Source of the DNA: Bdellovibrionota bacterium
GTDB lineage: Bacteria > Bdellovibrionota_C > UBA2361 > OMII01
Assembly: GCA_044345405.1 (NCBI GenBank)
Contig: JBIJBE010000007.1
Span: 1-64,000 of the forward strand
Direction of reading: 5' to 3'
DNA length: 64,000 bases
Within the stretch, counting starts at the first letter, position 1. Each line of letters opens with the position of its first letter. Positions 57,079 through 64,000 of the stretch are shown piece by piece. Position numbers and translations under genes: made by a program. The notes under the pieces were generated by a model. It was not told the DNA's origin. It ran no database searches and was given only the letters and a program-made list of their open reading frames with translations.

Positions 57079-57220
57079 CTGTCTCCTCGCCCCCAAGCGC
57101 TATCTGTTGCCTAGTAGGTATCGGCACTTTCTCGTCCAAACATTCGGTAAAAGGTCACATTTTGATGAGGCGGGGGGAGGCTCTAAGGCATCTCATCGAC
57201 AGGGGAGTCACACAATCAGA

Positions 57221-60200
57221 ATGGCTAAGCTGCTGAAACATATAGGATTGAGCATCTTAACGCTCATCCTCTGGGGGGCTTGGAGCGCTACCGCCTCGGC
57301 TGAGGGCCAGGTCGTGGCACATGTGTACGTTGCCCAAGGCTCGGTAGAGGTCCGTAATCCCGGGGAGGGTGATTGGCACCCCGTAGCCGTCGGCGCCCCC
57401 CTCAGCCAAGGGGATTCCGTTCGTACGGGGGGTGACGGTCAGGCGGCCTTTAAGTTCGTCGATGGTGTCCTCGTACGATTGGGGAGGCTCTCCGCGCTCA
57501 CCTTTAACTCAGTCGGAGACTCCCAACGTCCAGAGATAACACAACACAACGGGCGCGCGTTCTTCTTCTCACGTGGCTCACGCTCAGAGCCATCAATTAA
57601 AACGCCCCTTGTGACCGCCGCCATCTACGGCACCGAGCTCGTCGTAGACGTAACGAACGACGAAACCACACTCGATGTACTCCACGGCTCTATCAAAGCT
57701 TTCAACAAGGGAGCTGAGGAGAGCGCCAATGCCGGTGAAAGTATTACCGCGAAGCGGGGTGGCTCTCTCTCAAAAACTATCCTCGTGAAGCCGGTCAACG
57801 CGGTGCAGTGGATGATTCGTTTTCCGTTCATCGTGTCGAGTGAGGACATCGTTCCAGCCGCAGATCCCACCTGCTCGACTCGCTGCGTAGAGCAGCTCAC
57901 AAAAGTTATCACGGCGGCTCAGCGCGGTAGCACCCTCTATGCTCAGCTCCAAACCCTCCCTCACGACCTGCGTTCACTCTCCCGCGTAAAACTTCTCACC
58001 GCCATCTCTCTGTGGCAGGTCGGGGACGCGTCGGGGGCCCGCTCGATTCTCGAGAACCTCCCCTCGCCCCGCAGCGCTCGTGATAACGCCTTGCGAGAGA
58101 TCCTTCTTGGATTTTCCGCCCTACAGTCCAATGATCTGGGAAGCGCCCAAAAGCACCTAGAAAAAGCTGAGTCGCTCCAAGCGGGTTTGGAGAACTCAGC
58201 TCTGTTAGCTTCGTACATAGCGCAGGGATCAGGAGATCTTGATAGCGCGATAGAGATAACGGCAGCGGCTCGCGCGAACTTCCCGATGGAGCCGACCTTT
58301 ATCGATAGAAGCTCTGAACTTCTCCTTTCCGCTGACCGATATGAGGAGGCGACCGCGCTTATCGATCAACGCGCCGCCACGTTTGGGCAGAGCTCGATGT
58401 CAACGACCCTCGCCGGCTTCGCGGCACTCGCCAATAAACGGTACGAGGAGGCGGAGAACCTTTTCAACACCGCTATCCAGGAGGATCCCTCTCGTTCCCT
58501 CCCCTACCTGGGAACCTCTTTGATCAGCGCGCACAACCGTGACTACGACACCGCGAAGGATAAACTCTCGCAAGCGGTTCAACTCGATCCATCGGTCGCC
58601 GTCTACCGCTCGTATCTCGGAAAGCTCTACTTCGAAGATGAGCAATCACCGAAAGCCCTTCAGGAGTTCGACGCCGCGGTAGCGATGGATCCGAACGATC
58701 CAACCCCGTACCTCTATCGCTCGTACGCGAAGGTTGCTGAGAACGATCCGATCGGCGGATTGCGAGATGTCGAGTCATCTATCTCCCGCAATGAGGGTCG
58801 CGCTGTATATCGGTCTAGCCTCTTGCTCGATCGAGACCTCGGCGTGCGAAGCGCGGGGCTCGCCCGAACCTTTAACGAATTGGGATTCTCTGAGGCCGCG
58901 CGAGTTGAGGCTATCAAATCGGTCACGGACGACTACACGAACTTCTCTGCTCATAGATTACTCGGGGATTCGTACCAATCCATCATGGATACCGAAGCGA
59001 ACCTTTCAGAGAAGCGAATCGCGGACCTCCTCGCCCCGTTGAGCTTCAACCTCTTCAATAGCGTCGGAGAGTTTCCCTCACTCAGCGACTACAACGCCCT
59101 CTTCGACAAGAAGGAGACGAGAAAATCTATCGACGCGGCATGGAACTCCAATCAAGACCAGGCATCCGGCTCGCTCCTGGCGGTTGGCCGAGGGGATGAA
59201 TATGGCTACCTCTTAAACTACCGCCCATACTACGCCAACGGCTCTCACAACGGAGCCTACTTTGGGGATAACTTCTTCAGGGCGGCGCTTCAGTACGAGC
59301 CGAGGCCCGACGATCGCTTTATTCTCGACACGACCTTCAAGCTGCGCGAACTAAACGGATCCGAAACCGGGGACTACTCGGAGGACGCCCACCTCGGAAG
59401 CGCCCGCCTTGGATACAACCACCGCTTCTCAACAAACCTCAAATTCCTGATGCAAGGTGAGTTTGCCCGCGACAGCGAGCAAACTAGCGAAGACATCGGA
59501 CGCGTCGTTGGTGTAGACATCCCCGGAGTTCCAACTCCTTTTGATGTTGAGGCCTACTTAAACGAAAACGCTAAGCAGCGAGTCGAACGAAGTAGCCTCT
59601 CCAATCAGGTAATCTACTCCTCGCACTACCTTGACTCCGTATCGGGTCTCGACGGCATCTATGTTGATTCAAGCCGACGAGAGGACTCACCGGTCTATGA
59701 GATGGAGGACATCCCGCCCCCAGCGAGCCTGGTAAGTAGCAGCGCCGGAAATCTCTCCAGTGGAGAGGTGTATGAGTACCTCTCGCTCAAGGCGCCTCGC
59801 TTCGCCACATTGACCCTTGGCGTGAGCGCCACGCACCTCGAGCGGGATCTGACCGAGGTTCCACCGTTCCTCGATGGAACCGATACCCTGAACAAGGTCG
59901 ATCCCAAGATAGGTTTAGTGCTCACACCAACCTCATGGCTTACGGGCCGCGTCGCCTACTTTGAGACCACCAACAAAACCGTGCTGGAAGACCTGAGCAG
60001 TCTTGAACCTACCCTTGTGGGTGGTATCAACCAGCGCTTTAACGATCTGAGCGGCGCACAGAGTCGAAACCTCGGCTTCGGTCTCGACGTGAAGGATCCG
60101 AACTTCATCTACGCGGGAGCCCAGTACACACAACGGCATATCATCGACTCCTATGGGGCGGTGATGGACATGGTTTCCTACGACGGCGTGTCAACGACGC

Positions 60201-60667
60201 AAATCGCGTCGCAAAGCTACGGGTTCCAAGATAGCCACTCTGAAGCTGACATCCTACGTGGGTATGTGTACACCGTTCTTACCGACAGCTCGGTGCTTAC
60301 CGCTGACTCCCTCTACGAGCAGTTTACTGAGACCGACGACGAGCTCCTCAACAACGAGAACATCGACGCCGCCATCTCTACGCAGCGGTATCGGTTCGGC
60401 TATCGATACTTTATCGGCAAGCACTTCTCGGTCTCAACGCAAGCGACCTACCGCGACCAGCAACTCCTTCAGACCGACGACCCGAACGGATTCTGGCTCT
60501 TTGATCTTGGAACGAGCTACCGGTTCTCTGAACAGCACGGACGGATCTTCGCCCGTATCGACAACCTCCTCGATCGCGACTTTACCTATGACCAAAGTAG
60601 GGGCATCGAGCCAGAGGTATATCAGGGGCGATCGTTTATCCTTGGGGTTACGTATAACTTCTTCTAA
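57221..60667 (+). CDS. FecR-like domain plus TPR repeats plus outer-membrane beta-barrel
   Basis: Signal peptide ending ASA-E, GDSVRTG…AAIYGT FecR-type motifs, TPRs (AVQLDP, AVAMDPNDP), amphipathic strands, DNLLD…Y and C-terminal YNFF. Confidence 0.85.
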   Translation: MAKLLKHIGLSILTLILWGAWSATASAEGQVVAHVYVAQGSVEVRNPGEGDWHPVAVGAPLSQGDSVRTGGDGQAAFKFVDGVLVRLGRLSALTFNSVGDSQRPEITQHNGRAFFFSRGSRSEPSIKTPLVTAAIYGTELVVDVTNDETTLDVLHGSIKAFNKGAEESANAGESITAKRGGSLSKTILVKPVNAVQWMIRFPFIVSSEDIVPAADPTCSTRCVEQLTKVITAAQRGSTLYAQLQTLPHDLRSLSRVKLLTAISLWQVGDASGARSILENLPSPRSARDNALREILLGFSALQSNDLGSAQKHLEKAESLQAGLENSALLASYIAQGSGDLDSAIEITAAARANFPMEPTFIDRSSELLLSADRYEEATALIDQRAATFGQSSMSTTLAGFAALANKRYEEAENLFNTAIQEDPSRSLPYLGTSLISAHNRDYDTAKDKLSQAVQLDPSVAVYRSYLGKLYFEDEQSPKALQEFDAAVAMDPNDPTPYLYRSYAKVAENDPIGGLRDVESSISRNEGRAVYRSSLLLDRDLGVRSAGLARTFNELGFSEAARVEAIKSVTDDYTNFSAHRLLGDSYQSIMDTEANLSEKRIADLLAPLSFNLFNSVGEFPSLSDYNALFDKKETRKSIDAAWNSNQDQASGSLLAVGRGDEYGYLLNYRPYYANGSHNGAYFGDNFFRAALQYEPRPDDRFILDTTFKLRELNGSETGDYSEDAHLGSARLGYNHRFSTNLKFLMQGEFARDSEQTSEDIGRVVGVDIPGVPTPFDVEAYLNENAKQRVERSSLSNQVIYSSHYLDSVSGLDGIYVDSSRREDSPVYEMEDIPPPASLVSSSAGNLSSGEVYEYLSLKAPRFATLTLGVSATHLERDLTEVPPFLDGTDTLNKVDPKIGLVLTPTSWLTGRVAYFETTNKTVLEDLSSLEPTLVGGINQRFNDLSGAQSRNLGFGLDVKDPNFIYAGAQYTQRHIIDSYGAVMDMVSYDGVSTTQIASQSYGFQDSHSEADILRGYVYTVLTDSSVLTADSLYEQFTETDDELLNNENIDAAISTQRYRFGYRYFIGKHFSVSTQATYRDQQLLQTDDPNGFWLFDLGTSYRFSEQHGRIFARIDNLLDRDFTYDQSRGIEPEVYQGRSFILGVTYNFF

Positions 60668-60711
60668 GCCCTAAGTTCTGCTCCTCTGGCAATTCCTAGC
60701 ACCCCTTCGAC

Positions 60712-60813
60712 TACGGCTAACCGTAGACCGTAAAACGTAGACCGTTACCCGTCGACGGGTACCGTACCACGTGGCACGTCTACGTACACGTCAACGTTGC
60801 GCGTCCACCGTCC
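60712..60813. repeat. 6-7-nt periodic (A/C)CGT array containing the 16-bp palindrome TACCCGTCGACGGGTA (60746-60761)
   Basis: ACCGTAG ACCGTAA AACGTAG ACCGTTA CCCGTCG…; lies between convergent genes. Confidence 0.75.
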
Positions 60814-60983
60814 GCCTAAGAGTGAACTAACTCCTCTTTCCCCTCTCTCTGATCTCTTTGTGTAGAACAAACAGTTGCAGCGCACCCCTTGGGAAAATAC
60901 TACAAAGAGAGCTGTAAGGACGGAGAGAGAGGTAAAGAAGGATTTTTCTTCGGATCTCTTCGGCATCCTCGGCCCCAAAACCC

Positions 60984-61829
60984 TCAGACCAGATCCGCAA
61001 TCGCCTCCCGATCAAGCTCAAGTGTCCCAACGCGAGTCACCGGACCCTCCATTCGGATAGCGAAATCTGGCGATATCTCTATACGAATCCTGCCACCCGG
61101 CATCTGGACCGTGACATCGCTATCCACGAGCCCAAGTCGATGAGCTACCGCGGCGGCCGCGGAGCTACTACTTCCGGAGGCGAGGGTGTATCCAGCTCCC
61201 CGCTCCCATATCTCGATCGAGATGGTCGAACGGTCGATAACCTTTAAGAACTGAACGTTTGTGCGATTAGGAAACAGTGGGTCAGTCTCAAGGAGTGGAC
61301 CGAACCCACGAGCGTTCTCCTCAGTTGAAGGGAGGTTCGTCACCACACAGTGCGGATTTCCGACGGTCGCGGCGCAGAACCGCACCGTCGTACCGTTGAT
61401 TGTGAGCTCCTCGTTGAGCACCTCACGGGGCTCTCCCCGCACGGGGATCACCGTACTATCAAAACTGACCTTCCCCATATCAACGGTGACGAGTCGTCCC
61501 TGTTGAGAAACAACACACGTTACTCGACCACCCGCGGTATCAACGTGGAATGGAGCGTCCGTCACCAGTTTGGAATCCCACAGGTATCGAGCGAAGATTC
61601 GCAGACCGTTTCCACTTTTCTCCGCTTCGGAACCATCGGGATTGATGATTCGGAGCCGAAAGGTGGCGTTCGGCTCACGATCCTCGTGCACCAGAATACC
61701 ATCCGACCCGATACCGAAGTTTCGGTGGCAGATCCGCTGGGAGAGTTGCGGGGTGAGTGGCGCCTCGCAGTCCGAGGCACGAACGACGAGGTAATCATTT
61801 CCGAGAGCGTGGTAGCGGTGGAATTTCAT
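60984..61829 (-). CDS. dapF: Diaminopimelate epimerase (both catalytic Cys positions read Ser)
   Basis: HALGNDY, RNFGIGSDG, NPDGSEAEKSGNG, GNPH, NVQF, WERGAGYTLASGS. Confidence 0.9.
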   Translation of the reverse strand: MKFHRYHALGNDYLVVRASDCEAPLTPQLSQRICHRNFGIGSDGILVHEDREPNATFRLRIINPDGSEAEKSGNGLRIFARYLWDSKLVTDAPFHVDTAGGRVTCVVSQQGRLVTVDMGKVSFDSTVIPVRGEPREVLNEELTINGTTVRFCAATVGNPHCVVTNLPSTEENARGFGPLLETDPLFPNRTNVQFLKVIDRSTISIEIWERGAGYTLASGSSSSAAAAVAHRLGLVDSDVTVQMPGGRIRIEISPDFAIRMEGPVTRVGTLELDREAIADLV

Positions 61830-61884
61830 GGTTTGTAGGGTAGCATCGGGGAATCAAGTATTCCAGCGCCGATTGCGAGCGAAC

Positions 61885-61947
61885 CCGGGGAGCCCGTCGC
61901 CACCCTTTCGCTAAAGCTTCAGGGCACAAGGGAGACGGGCCCTCCGG
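61885..61947. repeat. REP-like hairpin with a ~31-nt insert in the loop
   Basis: CCGGGGAGCCCGTC[GCCACCCTTTCGCTAAAGCTTCAGGGCACAAG]GGAGACGGGCCCTCCGG. Confidence 0.8.
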
Positions 61948-61997
61948 TTTACCGCATACCGCTAGCAATGCTCCTTTTCACCCTGTACTATCCCCCC

Positions 61998-63173
61998 ATG
62001 ACCTCCGCCTACGAAAACGCCTCGTGCCCCTACTTCTCCGCTGGAACGTGCGGCTCATGTACCTTTCTCGGCATCGAACCAGGGCAACGAATACCAACGA
62101 AGGAAAGTATAGTTCTCAAAGCTCTCTCCGATCGCGGAGTCACACCCCGAAACATCGAACCGATCCACGTTCCGAAATCCCCATGGGGTTCTCGATGCAA
62201 AACCAAGGTCAGCGTGACCGGCACCGTAGATACCCCATCACTTGGCATCGTTCGTTCAGATCTCTCAAGCCAGGACCTCTCCGCGTGCCCCCTCACGCCG
62301 CACCATGTGCAGGAGCTCTTCATCACAATCAAAGAGCTCATCAAAGAAGCGAACCTGATTCCTTACAACATTCAGGAGCGAACAGGAGAGCTGAAGAACA
62401 TCATCGTGATGAACAACCACGACGCATCGCAAGGTATCATCCGGTTTGTGCTTCGAAGCACTGAGGCGATCCCTCGTATTAGAAAGAGCATCGTGAACCT
62501 TCAACGGAAACACCCGTGGGTGACCGTCGTGAGCTGCAATATCCAACCGATCCCAGCGGCTATCCTGGAGGGGCCCGACGAGGAGATCCTTACCCAAGCA
62601 CGCTCCATCGATGTTCAATACAACGACCTCAACCTTACCTTCATGCCCCAGTCATTCATGCAGGTAACCCACGAGATAGCTGAGGCGCTCTACCATCGAG
62701 CCGTGACCTATGTGAGAGAGAACTCATTCTCTCACGCGCTTGATCTCTTCTGTGGAGTTGGAGGATTCTCCCTCTCCATCGCGTCATCCGTACCCCAGAT
62801 AACCGGGGTTGAAGTATCACCGATGGCCGTTGAGAGCGCGCGTCACTCAGCGGCGAGGCTCAGCGCTTCTCACGCGTCTTTCTTTGCGGACGATGTCGAG
62901 GCGTTCCTCTCGTCTTCACTCACCCATGAGCCGGATCTTGTGATAGTTAATCCACCACGACGGGGATTGTCAGAGTGGATTCGCACGCGCATCCTTGAGC
63001 TCAAACCGAGGGCGATAGTGTACTCAAGTTGCGACCCACAGACCTTCGCGCGAGATGTACGCGAGTGGATGGAGAACTACGAACTCGTGAGCATCTCGCC
63101 ATTCGATATGTTTCCTATGAGCGAACATTGTGAGGTGCTTGGGATCCTTGAGAGGAAGGCGAACGAATCGTAA
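61998..63173 (+). CDS. rlmC: 23S rRNA m5U methyltransferase (RlmC/RumB-like)
   Basis: C-x6-CxxC Fe-S motif, SFMQ, DLFCGVGGF, VNPPRRG, YSSC, FDMFP…H.E. Confidence 0.82.
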   Translation: MTSAYENASCPYFSAGTCGSCTFLGIEPGQRIPTKESIVLKALSDRGVTPRNIEPIHVPKSPWGSRCKTKVSVTGTVDTPSLGIVRSDLSSQDLSACPLTPHHVQELFITIKELIKEANLIPYNIQERTGELKNIIVMNNHDASQGIIRFVLRSTEAIPRIRKSIVNLQRKHPWVTVVSCNIQPIPAAILEGPDEEILTQARSIDVQYNDLNLTFMPQSFMQVTHEIAEALYHRAVTYVRENSFSHALDLFCGVGGFSLSIASSVPQITGVEVSPMAVESARHSAARLSASHASFFADDVEAFLSSSLTHEPDLVIVNPPRRGLSEWIRTRILELKPRAIVYSSCDPQTFARDVREWMENYELVSISPFDMFPMSEHCEVLGILERKANES

Positions 63174-63463
63174 TATGCTCGCGAGACCTTCCGCGCTCAC
63201 TCCTCGAGTCCTAGCTGGAGTGCTGTGATGTACCGGTAAGTTACCTGCATAATCAGTCCCTGGAACACAAGTCGAATGCTCTGACGCAGCTACCCAAGAG
63301 ACTATAGACCTATCCACACGCACGACGCTCGCCACTATCTATCCGTAATGCGGTAATATTTTACTTTTCCATCCCCGCATCTCATGTAATCGAGCCTCCT
63401 TATGTTTAGGCATTGAATACTCATGACGACGGTACCCCTGCCTAATCATTTCAAAGGAGCCTC

Positions 63464-63919
63464 ATGTTTCATTCATTAGCTCGAAAAAGCGTGTACCTTT
63501 TCGCACTTTGCGGTGCTCTTGCGGCTACAACCACCGTGCAAGACGCCGCCGCTCTGAACGCAAAAGCTTTCGCGGGAACTTACAACGCGATAGTGCCCCA
63601 GCTTGGCGGCGTTTTCTATCGCGGAGGAGCCGATGGATACACAGCGGTTGTAACCGTAACAAAAGCTGGAAAGCTCTCTGGAACATGGGCAACTTCCTCC
63701 GATGGATTAACCGACACCGGCTCCGTAAAATTGACAGGGTCTATTTCCAAAGTGACGAAAGCGAAAGGCAGCTCCAAGGCTTCCTTCTCCTTTAAGCTTT
63801 CTGATGGGGCGAAAGCTACCGGCACTCTTCAGGTATTCACCGGTGGATCGGGAGCAATTGTAGGTAAGCTGAGCAAGGGTGGCGCAAAGGTATCCATAGC
63901 CGGCTCTAAAATGCCGTAA
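63464..63919 (+). CDS. Secreted beta-rich hypothetical protein
   Basis: SD AAGGAG, signal peptide, Gly/Ser/Thr/Lys-rich strands. Confidence 0.7.
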   Translation: MFHSLARKSVYLFALCGALAATTTVQDAAALNAKAFAGTYNAIVPQLGGVFYRGGADGYTAVVTVTKAGKLSGTWATSSDGLTDTGSVKLTGSISKVTKAKGSSKASFSFKLSDGAKATGTLQVFTGGSGAIVGKLSKGGAKVSIAGSKMP

Positions 63920-64000
63920 GGCCTTAACTCTCCCTCTGAGAGATAGCGCGATGGTGAGAACAAGGGCGGGTGAGCTTTGAAAGAATGCACAGCACGCTCT

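Overview
Chromosomal window of a Gram-negative bacterium, judged from an outer-membrane beta-barrel, lgt and several lipoproteins. A deltaproteobacteria-like lineage is my inference only. Housekeeping genes (pepF, recN, ilvBN, phhAB, nadK, lgt, rpmE, pepP, dnaB, fcl, argA/C/B, yebC, dapF, rlmC-like) are interspersed with orphan and secreted proteins. I saw no rRNA, tRNA, CRISPR array, transposase or phage genes. Main points: (1) a RegB/RegA-type two-component system with a perfect GCGAC-N5-GTCGC box next to the -35 of a divergent three-gene Cys-motif operon that includes a degenerate COG0523 GTPase; (2) a divergent pair of a Ser/Thr kinase-CHASE2 receptor and a FecR-TPR-beta-barrel protein, a candidate trans-envelope phosphosignalling system; (3) a prokaryotic pentameric ligand-gated ion channel preceded by a His/Asp-rich secreted protein; (4) a UbiA-HAD/DprE1/DprE2-like polyprenyl-phospho-arabinose pathway next to an O-acyltransferase; (5) a 141-bp repeat surface protein with a hypervariable patch and a G9 frameshift; (6) an unannotated ilvB attenuator peptide and several apparently leaderless genes; (7) REP-like hairpins, some carrying a second ~30-nt element in the loop, plus 6/7/9-mer intergenic micro-arrays. 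All product calls come from motif recognition by eye; no database searches were run.
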